NCBI GenBank assembly: GCA_964526015.1
Contig: CAZGHY010000001.1
Coordinates: 13,833-77,832, forward strand
DNA length: 64,000 nucleotides
Direction of reading: 5' to 3'
DNA from: an uncultured Gammaproteobacteria bacterium
Lineage (GTDB): Bacteria > Patescibacteriota > Microgenomatia > UBA8517
Positions 1 to 11,300 of the stretch are shown here, piece by piece. The notes beneath the pieces are model-generated. The model saw nothing but the letters and a program-made list of their open reading frames with translations. It had not been told where the DNA came from and searched no databases. The number at the start of each line of letters is the position of its first letter. The stretch's first letter is position 1. The translations under genes and the position numbers were made by a program.

Positions 1-1
1 A

Positions 2-292
2 AGAGTTGTTCATGATGAATTATTAAAATACACAGATGATGTTATTAGTTTGCAATCCAAAATAGATTTTGTAAAAAAAGAAGTTTTAATTAAAGCCTCT
101 ATAAATAACGTAGACAGTAAAGAGTTTGATAAACTTAAAGGTCTTAATAATTATAAAAATAAAGCCATACCTAAATTCAAGAAAGGATTTTGGGAAATTG
201 TAAATAAATTATCTACAGCTTTTAATATTAAGAAGAATTTTAAAGAAAATGAAGATGGAACTTATTTTGTATTAGCAATTTCGCCTAAATAA
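2..292 (+). CDS. 3' end of a gene that begins upstream of the window; Lys-rich C-terminus, function unknown
   Basis: Frame 2 is open from base 2 to TAA at 290-292. The ORF-track entry 50..292 only starts at an internal TTG. Same orientation and tight spacing to the next gene. Confidence 0.5.
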   Translation, partial: RVVHDELLKYTDDVISLQSKIDFVKKEVLIKASINNVDSKEFDKLKGLNNYKNKAIPKFKKGFWEIVNKLSTAFNIKKNFKENEDGTYFVLAISPK

Positions 293-306
293 TTACATAT
301 AAATAC

Positions 307-1923
307 ATGGCTCCCTATTATGTAAATGGAAATATAGTTGGAATCCAATCAGCTAATTATTTATCTGATGGATTTTCAATTAATTTAAAATGGACAAGAG
401 CTTATCCTCAAGTTAAAACAAATTTAATAGCTTATCATATTTATTATGGTAGAAATGATGAAGAGTATACAGAGCCAAATAAAATATTTGACAATTATCC
501 AAATTATATAGTTACAGATAATTCTATCACAATAGATCTTTATGATTTTGAGCCAGAAGGAACTTATTTTTTTGGAATTAGGGCTTTGGAATATGATGCG
601 ACTATTACAGACCCAAATAATTTACCATTTGATACAATTCAATCTACTTACAATACTCTAGTTAGATATTATCCGCAATCTCTTTTATCACAAGATGTAT
701 TAGTTAATGATACAAGTTTTAATTTAGTATCAGTAGATAATTTCCCATCCACTGGTATTTTAAAAATTGGCGCTGAGTTAATTAAGTATACTGCTGTTGA
801 TTATACTAACAATATAATTTCTACCACTCTATCTAATAGAGGGTATAATGGAACTTTAATTACTTATCACAACATTGATGGCTATGATGGATATGCTGAA
901 AGAAATCCATTACTTATAAATTGGATAGGCTCAGAAGAGCGTAATACCAGAACATTTTCTGTTACTTCTGGATTTGATTTTCACACATACCCATATACAA
1001 ATGCTGATGGATATAGACAAAGAATTAAAGATAACTTAACTTCTGATTTATCTGGCAGCGATGAGTTTAATATTGGATTTCCATCATATGATTTTGCTGG
1101 TTGGCATAGAACAGATCCTAATTTAATTATTTCTGGAGATTGTGTTAATTCTTATATTGGCGGTGAACAATACTGTGCAGATGGCAAAAATGGCGTTGGC
1201 ACCAAGCTAAGAGGCTTTAATATTCAAGAAAGAATTAATCAACAATTAGAAGTAGAGTTAGAAACTACAGGAGAGCCAGTTGCATTAATTAGAAGAATGC
1301 GCACAGGCTCTTATTGCAATTGTTATACTCCAACAAGAGAGCAACCTGAAGAAAGATGTCCAATTTGTCTTGGATCAGGGTTTGTATTTGGTTGGTTTCA
1401 ATATTTCTTTACTAGAAGATCAGATGGTAGAATCTTAACTAGATTTTCTCCAGCTCCAGAAGATATTAAACTGGTTGATGCTGGTTATGAATCAGAATTA
1501 ACAACTGAAGCTTGGACATTAACGGTTCCAACAATTAAAGATAGAGATGTATTGGTTAGATTTGATCAAGATGATAATCAAGATTTTAGATATGAAGTTA
1601 TAAATGTTACTAGAAACAAAACGATTGGGAGATTGCAAGGTGCCCAGAAAATGCAAGTTCAAAGAATAAGAAAAACTGATCCTATATACCAAATACCTGT
1701 AACAAATAATACTTCACTATATCCATCTATTATTTACACAACGTCAGTTTCATCTACTGGAGTACCCCTTCATAATCATGAAATAACTATAAATGAAAAC
1801 ATAACTAGCATTTATCAAATAAATCAAACAACACAAGTATCGCAAGGACACAATCACGCAGTGGTAAATGGCAGATTTCAAGAGGTTCTTGGTCATTATC
1901 ACGACATACTATTACCGCTTTAA
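307..1923 (+). CDS. Virion fibre-like structural protein with an FN3-like N-terminus, a Cys knuckle and C-terminal HxH motifs
   Basis: 538-aa ORF. The N-terminal block LKWTRAYP..IAYHIYYG looks FN3-like. CNC-x11-CPIC lies at 1315-1368. Three HxH motifs (HNH, HNH, HYH) lie at 1771-1779, 1849-1857 and 1894-1902, as in metal-binding trimeric phage fibres. Confidence 0.55.
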   Translation: MAPYYVNGNIVGIQSANYLSDGFSINLKWTRAYPQVKTNLIAYHIYYGRNDEEYTEPNKIFDNYPNYIVTDNSITIDLYDFEPEGTYFFGIRALEYDATITDPNNLPFDTIQSTYNTLVRYYPQSLLSQDVLVNDTSFNLVSVDNFPSTGILKIGAELIKYTAVDYTNNIISTTLSNRGYNGTLITYHNIDGYDGYAERNPLLINWIGSEERNTRTFSVTSGFDFHTYPYTNADGYRQRIKDNLTSDLSGSDEFNIGFPSYDFAGWHRTDPNLIISGDCVNSYIGGEQYCADGKNGVGTKLRGFNIQERINQQLEVELETTGEPVALIRRMRTGSYCNCYTPTREQPEERCPICLGSGFVFGWFQYFFTRRSDGRILTRFSPAPEDIKLVDAGYESELTTEAWTLTVPTIKDRDVLVRFDQDDNQDFRYEVINVTRNKTIGRLQGAQKMQVQRIRKTDPIYQIPVTNNTSLYPSIIYTTSVSSTGVPLHNHEITINENITSIYQINQTTQVSQGHNHAVVNGRFQEVLGHYHDILLPL

Positions 1924-1938
1924 TTAATAAAACTACCA

Positions 1939-4900
1939 ATGAGTGATTTTACTTTAAAAGTACCTGTAACTGATGTAACATTTGACGTTACAATTCCATC
2001 TGGATCAATAGAGGCTGGTCCAACAGGTAGCATTGGTCCTCAGGGTCCAATAGGACCTCCAGGACCTCAAGGAGCGCCAGGACCACAAGGTGCTCAAGGT
2101 GCTACTGGACCACAAGGAATACAAGGTCCAACAGGAACTATAGGTCCTCAAGGTGTTCAAGGTCCAATGGGACCTCAGGGTACTCAAGGTATTCAAGGCG
2201 CTATGGGTCCACAAGGACCAGCAGGACCCATTGGAACTTTAGCAGGACCAACAGGATCGATAGGCTCAACAGGTCCACAAGGCCCAACAGGTTCAATAGG
2301 ACCAATTGGTCCCACAGGTATTCAAGGTGTAACTGGTCCTCAAGGCGAAACTGGCCCTCAAGGTATTCAAGGCATTCCAGGACCTACAGGCCCAACTGGT
2401 ATTCAAGGCGCCACAGGACCTCAAGGAAATACAGGTCCACAAGGTATTCAGGGTATACAAGGTGAAACTGGTATACAAGGTGTAACTGGACCTACAGGAC
2501 CCCAAGGTCCAACTGGAACAATTGGTCAAACAGGTATACAAGGTGTTACGGGCCCTACGGGCCCCCAAGGTGAAACTGGACCTCAAGGTATTCAAGGAAT
2601 ACAAGGTGTAACAGGTCCAACTGGTCCTATAGGTCCACAAGGAATCCAAGGACCAACAGGTACAATTGGTTCAACGGGCCCTACTGGTCCTCAAGGCGAA
2701 ACTGGCCCTCAAGGTATTCAAGGAATACAAGGTGAAACTGGTGTTCAAGGTCCTACAGGAACTATTGGGGCAACAGGACCACAAGGCATACAGGGTATAC
2801 AAGGAAATACAGGTCCAACAGGCGCTCAAGGACCTCAAGGTATTCAAGGTGTAACTGGACCTACAGGACCAATAGGGCCAACAGGAACTATAGGTCAAAC
2901 TGGTATTCAAGGCGTAACAGGTCCTCAAGGACCCACTGGTACTATTGGATCTACAGGTCCCCAAGGTATACAAGGTATTCAAGGAAATACAGGTCCTACA
3001 GGTCCTCAAGGACCAACAGGAACTATAGGTCCTCAAGGTCCAACTGGAACAATAGGTGCTACAGGACCTACAGGTCCCCAAGGTCCAACGGGCACAATAG
3101 GTGCTACTGGTCCTCAAGGAATACAAGGTCCAACTGGTACTATTGGACAAACTGGTATTCAAGGTGTTACTGGTCCACAAGGTCCTACAGGCACTATTGG
3201 TCCAACAGGCAGTATAGGTCCTCAAGGAATACAAGGTTCTACAGGTCCAACAGGACCAATGGGTCCCACTGGTACAATAGGTCCACAAGGTATACAAGGA
3301 AATACTGGCCCAACAGGTTCTCAAGGACAACAAGGTGTTACAGGTCCACAAGGTCCAACAGGACAAATTGGCCCTCAAGGTGTTACTGGTCCTCAAGGAA
3401 ATACAGGTGCTCAAGGAATACAAGGACCTCAAGGACCAACAGGTACTATTGGACCGCAAGGAATTCAAGGTTCTACAGGACCAACTGGTCCTCAAGGAAA
3501 TCAAGGAAATCAAGGATCCCCGGGAGTAACTGGTTCTCAAGGTGTTACAGGACCACAAGGTCCAACTGGATCAATAGGACCTCAAGGTCCAACGGGAACT
3601 TTGGGACCAACAGGCTCTATAGGTCCACAAGGACCAACTGGTACTATTGGTGCCACAGGACCCCAAGGTATTCAAGGACCCACTGGAACAATTGGGCCTC
3701 AAGGTATTCAAGGTTCCACTGGTCCAACTGGCCCTCAAGGCCCAACAGGTAGCATTGGTCCTCAAGGAATACAGGGAAATACAGGACCAACAGGACCACA
3801 GGGTAATATTGGACCTCAAGGTCCAACAGGCCCAGCTGGAATAAATGGTACAACAGGTGTTACTGGTCCACAAGGTCCTCAAGGGCCAACAGGAACTATA
3901 GGCCCTACAGGATCAATTGGTCCTCAAGGACCAACTGGAACGATTGGATCTACTGGTCCTCAAGGAATACAAGGTATTCAAGGTGTAACTGGTCCAACAG
4001 GACCTCAAGGAACTATAGGCCCTCAAGGCCCAACTGGTACTATTGGTTCTACTGGTAGTATTGGTCCACAAGGACCAACTGGATCTATAGGTCCTCAAGG
4101 AATACAAGGAAATACAGGACCTACAGGTCCTCAAGGCCTGCAAGGAATTCAAGGACCTACAGGAACTATTGGTCCAACTGGTCCTCAAGGTAATATTGGA
4201 CCTCAAGGACCAACAGGTCCTCAAGGATCTCCTGGCCCAACTGGTATTCAAGGTAGTACAGGTCCAGCTGGACCAACAGGCTCTATAGGCCCTCAAGGTA
4301 TACAAGGACCTACTGGCACTATTGGAGCTACTGGTCCGCAAGGAATACAAGGTATTCAAGGCGCTACTGGCCCAACAGGACCAATAGGTCCAACAGGACC
4401 ATTAGGTGGAGGCCCAACAGGACCAATAGGTCCAACGGGGCCAATGGGTCCAACTGGACCAGCGGGCACTTCAGCAAATGGTAATTTAATTACTGTAAAT
4501 CAGGTTGGACATGGATTTTCAAATGGTCAAGCTGTATATTTTAATGGGACAATTTGGGTATTAGCACAATCAAATGCTGCTGGTACACTTGGAATTGGTA
4601 TTATAAAAGTAACAGATGTTGATAATTTTGACGTTTACTTAGCTTCACAAATAATTGGATTATCTGGATTAACGGCTGGTCAATATTATTTCGTTTCTGA
4701 CTCTTCTGCGGGCGCTATCACTGCAACAGAACCAACAGCAACATCTAGCTTCTCTAATCCAATATTACTTGCATTATCAACTACAATTGGTATAGTTTTA
4801 CCATTTAGACCAAGTCAAATTGCTACATATCCAGTTGCAATTTATACAAAAACAGCTAATTATACAGCAATAGCTGGAGATACAGTATTGTGTAACTCTG

Positions 4901-5109
4901 CATCTGGTGGATTTACAGTTACATTACCAGCAGCATCGCTTAATACTATACTTTCTATTATAGTTAAAAAAATAAGCAATGACGCAAATATAATCACAAT
5001 TGACACCACTGGTGGTGATTTAATTGATGGATCATTAACATTAACATTTAATACACAATGGACAACAGTTCAAGTGCAATCAAATGGTAGCGCTTGGTAT
5101 ATAATATAA
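1939..5109 (+). CDS. Collagen-like triple-helix-repeat fibre protein with a globular C-terminal domain
   Basis: 1056-aa ORF. Gly falls at every third residue over about 819 residues ([15 protein letters not shown]). A non-collagen C-terminal domain of about 210 aa follows ([22 protein letters not shown]...). Confidence 0.95.
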   Translation: MSDFTLKVPVTDVTFDVTIPSGSIEAGPTGSIGPQGPIGPPGPQGAPGPQGAQGATGPQGIQGPTGTIGPQGVQGPMGPQGTQGIQGAMGPQGPAGPIGTLAGPTGSIGSTGPQGPTGSIGPIGPTGIQGVTGPQGETGPQGIQGIPGPTGPTGIQGATGPQGNTGPQGIQGIQGETGIQGVTGPTGPQGPTGTIGQTGIQGVTGPTGPQGETGPQGIQGIQGVTGPTGPIGPQGIQGPTGTIGSTGPTGPQGETGPQGIQGIQGETGVQGPTGTIGATGPQGIQGIQGNTGPTGAQGPQGIQGVTGPTGPIGPTGTIGQTGIQGVTGPQGPTGTIGSTGPQGIQGIQGNTGPTGPQGPTGTIGPQGPTGTIGATGPTGPQGPTGTIGATGPQGIQGPTGTIGQTGIQGVTGPQGPTGTIGPTGSIGPQGIQGSTGPTGPMGPTGTIGPQGIQGNTGPTGSQGQQGVTGPQGPTGQIGPQGVTGPQGNTGAQGIQGPQGPTGTIGPQGIQGSTGPTGPQGNQGNQGSPGVTGSQGVTGPQGPTGSIGPQGPTGTLGPTGSIGPQGPTGTIGATGPQGIQGPTGTIGPQGIQGSTGPTGPQGPTGSIGPQGIQGNTGPTGPQGNIGPQGPTGPAGINGTTGVTGPQGPQGPTGTIGPTGSIGPQGPTGTIGSTGPQGIQGIQGVTGPTGPQGTIGPQGPTGTIGSTGSIGPQGPTGSIGPQGIQGNTGPTGPQGLQGIQGPTGTIGPTGPQGNIGPQGPTGPQGSPGPTGIQGSTGPAGPTGSIGPQGIQGPTGTIGATGPQGIQGIQGATGPTGPIGPTGPLGGGPTGPIGPTGPMGPTGPAGTSANGNLITVNQVGHGFSNGQAVYFNGTIWVLAQSNAAGTLGIGIIKVTDVDNFDVYLASQIIGLSGLTAGQYYFVSDSSAGAITATEPTATSSFSNPILLALSTTIGIVLPFRPSQIATYPVAIYTKTANYTAIAGDTVLCNSASGGFTVTLPAASLNTILSIIVKKISNDANIITIDTTGGDLIDGSLTLTFNTQWTTVQVQSNGSAWYII
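2017..4473 (+). repeat. Gly-X-Y coding repeat array of about 270 triplets, with higher-order units such as [10 protein letters not shown][VEN][14 protein letters not shown]
   Basis: Direct reading of the translation. Phase interruptions occur at 2242-2244 (extra Ala, GTL-A-GPT) and 4405-4413 (GGG). The 9-nt periodicity creates many spurious antisense and alternative-frame ORFs. Confidence 0.95.
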
Positions 5110-5121
5110 AGATTAAATGAC

Positions 5122-6378
5122 ATGACTTATTTTCCAAAAACACAAATAGTTCCGCAAGATGGCCCAAGCGTTGATGCATTTCATAGATTACGTGTATCAG
5201 ATAACGTAAGACAATTCTCAGCAATGTCTGAGTATTTAGATAATCCATTAATTTGGGAAAATGCTACATCTGGAGCAGGAACTGTTGTATATCAAGCAAA
5301 TCAATGTGCAGTTAGATTATCTACTGGTGGTACAACTAATGGTGCTTCAGCTATTAGGCAAACTCGTAGATACATGAGATATATGCCTGGGAAAAGTTTA
5401 GTAATATCTCAAACATTTGTAATGTCAGCTGCTCAATCAAGCGCTGTTGCTGAAATTGGTTATTATGATGGTGATAATAACGGAATTTTTCTTCAAAGAT
5501 CTGGAACAACAGTTAATTTTATATTAAGAAGTTTTACATCAGGTGCTGCAGTTGATACTACAATTGCTCAAGCATCTTGGAATTTAGATGAGATGGACGG
5601 AACTGGACCAAGTGGAGTTACATTAGATTTAACTAAGACTCAAATTTTAGTTATTGATTTACAATTTTTAGGGGTTGGTAGAGTTAGAGTTGGTTTTGAC
5701 TTAGGTGATAAAGGTATAGTTTATGTTCATCAGTTTCTAAACGCAAATATAAATACTGCTGCTTATATGTCTACAGCATGCTTGCCTATAAGAGGAAGAG
5801 TTTATAATATTGGAACGGCTGGCGGAACAGTTACTTTAGATATGATTTGTTCATCAGTTTCAAATGAAGGTGGTGTAGGCCCAGGACAAGATTCTGAAGG
5901 AATTATACAACTTAGCGCATCAAATGGTGCAACATTAAGGGCAACAAGTACTACTTTTATTCCAATTTTTTCAATTAGAGCGGCAACTAAAATTGGCGGA
6001 ACGGCAGCAGGCACTACAACAAATAGAGGTCAAATAATTCCGTGTAGTTCAAGCATGTATACTACAGCAGATTCATATTATGAAATTTGGTTAAATGCTA
6101 CTTTGACAGGGCCTTCATGGGTGGCGATGGGGTCTAATTCATTATGTGAATATGATGTTTCTGCCACAGTTCTTACAACTGGATCAGCATATAAAATAGA
6201 TTCTGGTTATTTATCAGCATTAAATAAATCAGAGCCAATTACATTAGAAAATTTTATTAATTTCCCATTAGTTTATACTGGATTAAATTCAAATCAAGAT
6301 ATATTAACAGTTTCAATAAGAACAATTTCTGGTGGTGGAACTGCTGGTGCTACAGTTGATTGGATTGAGAGGTATTAA
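5122..6378 (+). CDS. Beta-rich virion-associated protein of unknown function (paralogue 1)
   Basis: 418-aa ORF, Gly/Thr/Ser-rich. It shares blocks with the 6834-8288 product, e.g. EIGYYDGDNNGIFLQRSGTTVNFILRS versus EFGYF..EGTYFRYTSTGLTVAFNY. Confidence 0.6.
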   Translation: MTYFPKTQIVPQDGPSVDAFHRLRVSDNVRQFSAMSEYLDNPLIWENATSGAGTVVYQANQCAVRLSTGGTTNGASAIRQTRRYMRYMPGKSLVISQTFVMSAAQSSAVAEIGYYDGDNNGIFLQRSGTTVNFILRSFTSGAAVDTTIAQASWNLDEMDGTGPSGVTLDLTKTQILVIDLQFLGVGRVRVGFDLGDKGIVYVHQFLNANINTAAYMSTACLPIRGRVYNIGTAGGTVTLDMICSSVSNEGGVGPGQDSEGIIQLSASNGATLRATSTTFIPIFSIRAATKIGGTAAGTTTNRGQIIPCSSSMYTTADSYYEIWLNATLTGPSWVAMGSNSLCEYDVSATVLTTGSAYKIDSGYLSALNKSEPITLENFINFPLVYTGLNSNQDILTVSIRTISGGGTAGATVDWIERY

Positions 6379-6381
6379 TAA

Positions 6382-6771
6382 ATGTCTACATCAGCATATG
6401 TTAAAACTATTCAAGGACCTCAAGGTCCGCAAGGTCCAACTGGTATACAAGGTGCAACTGGTTTACAAGGGCCAACTGGACCACCAGGAACACAAGTAAT
6501 TACTGGAACAGGCGTGTTAGACTTTGGAAGTGCGCCAGGTAGTTCATGGGCTCAAACCAATATAACTGGACAATCATTTATTACAAGTGCATCTGCTGTA
6601 AATGCCTGGATGTATGGAACTACTGCTTCACATAATGAAATTGAACATCAAATAGCTGATATTAAAGTAGCTCCAGGAGCAATTTTACCAGGTACAGGAT
6701 TTAGCGTTGTTGCCTCATCTAATATGAGATGGACTGGACAATTTGCAATTAGGTGGATGTATACACCATAA
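6382..6771 (+). CDS. Small collagen-like protein: 9 Gly-X-Y triplets plus a globular C-terminal domain
   Basis: 129-aa [30 protein letters not shown] is encoded at 6415-6495. The gene starts 4 nt after the previous stop. Confidence 0.8.
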   Translation: MSTSAYVKTIQGPQGPQGPTGIQGATGLQGPTGPPGTQVITGTGVLDFGSAPGSSWAQTNITGQSFITSASAVNAWMYGTTASHNEIEHQIADIKVAPGAILPGTGFSVVASSNMRWTGQFAIRWMYTP

Positions 6772-6833
6772 TAGCTTTTATTAAAGCTTTACAGAGCATA
6801 ACAAAACATTATTTTAGTTAAAGGATATTTAAA

Positions 6834-8288
6834 ATGGCAGGTATTAGACTTGAAGGCAATATAACAGGAAATGTAGCAGAGGTAGATAATTTTAATAATT
6901 TACGTGTTTCATTACCATCTGGCATGAATCAAGCTGGATATGCTGTCATTCTTGGAGAAAACGATTCTGGATCTATACTTGGAAATCCAACACGTAGCTC
7001 TCCTAGAATTTCTGCAGATGATAGATTAGTTACTGGTTTTGACACTCCTATTTTTGATTATGATTTTACATCATTAACACAAGATACTGGTGTGTGGAGG
7101 CATTTGTTTACCACAATGACAGCAACTGCGTCAACAAATGGCGTTTTATTTAATGCAAACAGCACTTTAACAACTCTAACTGGTTGTTCATTACATTCTT
7201 TTAAACAGTTCGTTTTAATGGGAAATGCTGGCACATTATTAGAATTCTATTTAGCATTTACAGCATCACCATTAGCAAATCAAGTTTTTGAATTCGGATA
7301 TTTTTTACCTACAGTTGCACAAAACACCCCAATTGAAGGCACATATTTTAGATATACAAGTACAGGATTAACTGTAGCATTTAATTATGCTGGAACAGAA
7401 GTAGAGAGCGGAATATTACTAACACCATCTGATTTCAATAATGCAGAATCTTATTCATTTCAAATACGTTTAAATAATAGAGAAATTGCATTTTATAGAA
7501 ATGATATTAAAATTGGTTCATTAGTTATTAACAATGCGAATGGCATACCATATGCATCCAAAGCTTTACCAATTGCAATGCAATTTAGAAACTCAAATAC
7601 TGTAACTGGTGCTCCAGTTATGCAAGCTAAAGTACAGTCTGTTCACGTTGATCAACGTGATATTGCTTTAGATATGCCATTTGGACATAAACAAAATGCA
7701 ATGTATGGTGGTCAACAAGGTTGGCAAGGTGGATCAATGGGGTCCCTTGCTCTTTATACAAACAGCTTGGCCGTTGGTTCTGGAGCGGCATTATCAAATA
7801 CAGTTGCAACTGGCGTATTTACTGGTTTAGGTGGACAATTCTCAGTTACGCCTACATTAGCTGTAGGAACAGACGGTATATTGGCTAATTTTCAAGTACC
7901 AACTGGCTCAATAAATTTTAGGTCAAAAACATTAATAATAACTGGCGTTAGAATTCAAGGTGTTGTAACAACAGCATTAACTGGTGGACCAGTTATCTAT
8001 GCATATTCACTTGCATATGGACATACTGCAGTTTCTTTAGCAACTACAGAATCAACATCATTTGTAACAAATACTGCAAAAGCACCAAGACGTATTGCAT
8101 TAGGAACAGAGTCTTATGCCTCAGCTGCTGCTTTAGGAACACTTGGAGCTAGCGTTTCTATGTCATTCCAATCTCCAATTCCAGTTAATCCTGGAGAGTT
8201 TGTGTGTATAACTGCTAAAAATCTTGGAATAGTAACAACTGCTGGCGTAATTTCGTTGTTTGTTACTTATGATTATTACACCATTTAA
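6834..8288 (+). CDS. Beta-rich virion-associated protein of unknown function (paralogue 2)
   Basis: 484-aa ORF with AAGGA upstream of the ATG. Block similarity to the 5122-6378 product. Confidence 0.6.
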   Translation: MAGIRLEGNITGNVAEVDNFNNLRVSLPSGMNQAGYAVILGENDSGSILGNPTRSSPRISADDRLVTGFDTPIFDYDFTSLTQDTGVWRHLFTTMTATASTNGVLFNANSTLTTLTGCSLHSFKQFVLMGNAGTLLEFYLAFTASPLANQVFEFGYFLPTVAQNTPIEGTYFRYTSTGLTVAFNYAGTEVESGILLTPSDFNNAESYSFQIRLNNREIAFYRNDIKIGSLVINNANGIPYASKALPIAMQFRNSNTVTGAPVMQAKVQSVHVDQRDIALDMPFGHKQNAMYGGQQGWQGGSMGSLALYTNSLAVGSGAALSNTVATGVFTGLGGQFSVTPTLAVGTDGILANFQVPTGSINFRSKTLIITGVRIQGVVTTALTGGPVIYAYSLAYGHTAVSLATTESTSFVTNTAKAPRRIALGTESYASAAALGTLGASVSMSFQSPIPVNPGEFVCITAKNLGIVTTAGVISLFVTYDYYTI

Positions 8289-8325
8289 TAATTTAAATAA
8301 AACTTAGGGTTATATATTGGGGTAG

Positions 8326-11300
8326 ATGACCTCAAGTAAAAATCCTATTAGTTTATGTTTAATTGTTAAAAATGAACCATTATTAGAGCGTGCTCTTTTA
8401 TCAATAAAAGACTTTGTGTCTGAAATTGTAATTATTGATACAGGAAGTACTGATCAACACACTATTGATGTTAGTAAAAAATATGCTACATATTGGGAAC
8501 AATATCTAGAATGTAACAATCCAGAAACTGGAGTTATTGAAGATTTTTCTAAAGCCAGAAATTATTCTTTTTCTAAAGCAACCCAACCATGGGTTTTATG
8601 GATGGATGCTGATGACGAAATATTTAATGCTCACAATTTATCTAAGCTATTAGAAATTCATAAACAAAAATACATGCACTATAATGGATTTAGTTATGTA
8701 TTTCCATATGAATATGCATATAATGAACAAGGACAATGTACTTGTAAACATTATAGAGAAAGGCTAGTTTATAATCCTAAACTTTTTAGCTGGAAAAATC
8801 CAGTTCATGAAGTTTTAGTTCCAAAAGAAGGATTTGTAATCTTTTTTGAAGAGTCAGATGATGTTTTATATAAACATAATCGTCAATTAAATGAAAAAAT
8901 ACAAGAGCCTGGTCGTAATTTAAGAATACTTAAGAAATATTTTGAAAAAAATCCAGATGATTCTGATCCAAGAAACTATTACTATTATGGATTAGAGTGC
9001 GTTAACTCTGGCTTAGTTGAAGATGGAGTTAAGAGCTTATCCAAATATGTAGATATTTCTGGCTGGGAAGATGAAAGGGCCATGGCTTGTTTAAAGCTTG
9101 GAGATATTTTTATTGCTCAAGGAAATTATGAGCAAGCTTTAAAGTGGGGATTTAAAACTATAGAGATAAAAGAAACCTGGGGCGAAGGTTATTTCTTAAT
9201 TGCTAAATGTTTTTATTTCTTAGCACAAAAGCAAAATCCAAATACATATAGAAACTGGGAAAAATGTGTATTTTATGCTGAAGCGGGGTTGAATTTAAGG
9301 CCAACCAAAACTTTACTTTTTATAAATCCATTAGAACGTGATCATGAAATACATCTTTATTTCAACGTAGCTTTAAATGCTATTGGTCGCACTCAAGAAG
9401 CTTTAAAAAGTATTGAAGTTGGATTAAAAGCTAAACCAAAAGATACAAATTTACTTCATAATAAAAAACTATATGAAACTTATTTAATTAAACAAAAGGC
9501 ATTAGAGTTTATTAATCAACTTAATTCATTAGAATATTTTGAAGAAAAGAATTATAAACTTATTTGCATGCTATTAAACAAAGAACAATCTTTTACATCT
9601 TTTAATGAAATTAAGCCAGATGAAAGTAAAATAAAAGATGAAAAGCAATTTGAAAAAGAAGCTTTAATTAAATTAAAAGAAGAGCAAGATAAAAAATCAA
9701 AAGAATTTTTATTAAAGAAATTTGAAGAAGATAAGAAAGAAGAAATTAAAATGATTAAATATGGAAAACAAGAAGTAGTATCTGATAAATCCAAATTAGA
9801 TATTATATTTTTTGCTGGCGATGGTTTAGAAACATGGACTCCCGAAACAGTTAAACAAACTGGAATAGGTGGATCAGAATTAATGCTTATGCAACAAGCA
9901 AAAGAGCTGGCCGCATTAGGTCATACAGTTAGAGTGTATAATAGTTGTGGTAATCTATCTGGTAGATATGATAGTGTTTCATATTTAAAAACCGAAGAAT
10001 ATCATGACACATCATGTGACGTATTAGTTATTTCTCGTAGAACTGACATGATTCATGATAAGTATAATGTAAAAGCTAAATTAAAGTTTTTATGGGTGCA
10101 TGATGTTTGGGCAATGAATGCTACAAATGAACTATTATTAAAGTTTGACAGAATCTTTGCCTTAACACAATGGCACAAAGAAAACCTAATTAAGGTTCAT
10201 AATTTACATCCAGATCATATCATAGTTACACGCAATGGTATTTACACAGAAAGATTTAAAGAGGCTCTTTTTAGAGATCAATATAAGTGCGTTAATTTCT
10301 CTAGTCCAGATCGTAGTTGGCCAGTATTATTGGATATTTGGCCAGAGATTAAAAAACATGTACCACAAGCTTCATTAACACTAGGTTATGGTTTTAAAAA
10401 TTGGGAAATAGTTTCTAAACTATATAATGACCAAAATCAATTAAACTTAATTGATAATTTAAAAAACAGATTAAAAGAATTAGAGTCTTTAGATGTTAGA
10501 TTTCTTGATCGTATAAATCAAGAAGAGTTGACAAAAGAGTTATTAACTGCTGGTGTATGCACATATCCAACTTGGTTCAGCGAGACATCAGGAATTTCGT
10601 TAATGGAAGCTCAAGCTGCTGGATTAAGAATTGTTACATCACCAATAGCAGCATTAAATGAAACTGTTGCAGATAGAGGCGTTTTAATTCCTGGAGAGTG
10701 GACATCTATAGAATATAAAAATGCTTTTATTGACGCCACTATTAAAGCTTTAAATACCACTGGTAATCAAGATAGAATTAAATTGCAAAATTATGCAAAA
10801 AATAATTTTGATATTATAGCTCTAGCTAAAGAGTGGAACAATTTATTTTATGACCTTATAGATCTAGTAAAAAAAAACCCTATAGTTCCCTATGAACCAA
10901 CAGGAAATTATAAATCATTTAAAGTTAATAAAGAATCAATTGTAAAACTAAATATTGGCGCTGGACCTAATGTATTTCCGTTTGATGGTTGGATAAATTA
11001 TGATAAAGAAAACATTGATGCATATATAGATTTTCTAAATATAGATCATAATACAACTTATCAAACAGCTTATTATTTTTATCCCCAATATCAAAAAGAT
11101 TTAATTCAATATGTAAAAAATGGTGGGAAAATAGATTTTAGAATTCAAGATTTAACTTCTGGATTTCCACAACATAAAGATAATACAGTTGATGTAATTT
11201 ATTTTGGACAAGCAATAGAGCATTGCAATTATTTTACACAAGTTCCTAACTTTCTAAAAGAATGTCATAGAATGTTAAAACCAAATGGTGTATTAAGAAT

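Noticed and set aside
2005-4359. Many ORFs antisense to, or in alternative frames of, the collagen-like gene (2005-2214, 2293-2649, 2671-3558, 3571-3882, 3644-3853 and 3913-4359 on the minus strand; 2666-2854, 3335-3529 and 3647-3844 on the plus strand).
   Set aside because: They are by-products of the 9-nt Gly-X-Y periodicity, which removes stops in several frames. Their products are low-complexity (W/T/S/L/R or K/V/L/Q) and they lie wholly inside a convincing 1056-aa gene.
2017-4473. Whether the highly periodic repeat could be a CRISPR array or a non-coding satellite.
   Set aside because: The period is 9 nt with a continuous open frame and Gly at every third codon. There is no repeat-spacer structure.
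6773-6788. Small stem-loop AGCTTT-TATT-AAAGCT after the mini collagen gene as a terminator.
   Set aside because: It has only 6 AT-rich base pairs and a 3-T tail, too weak to call.
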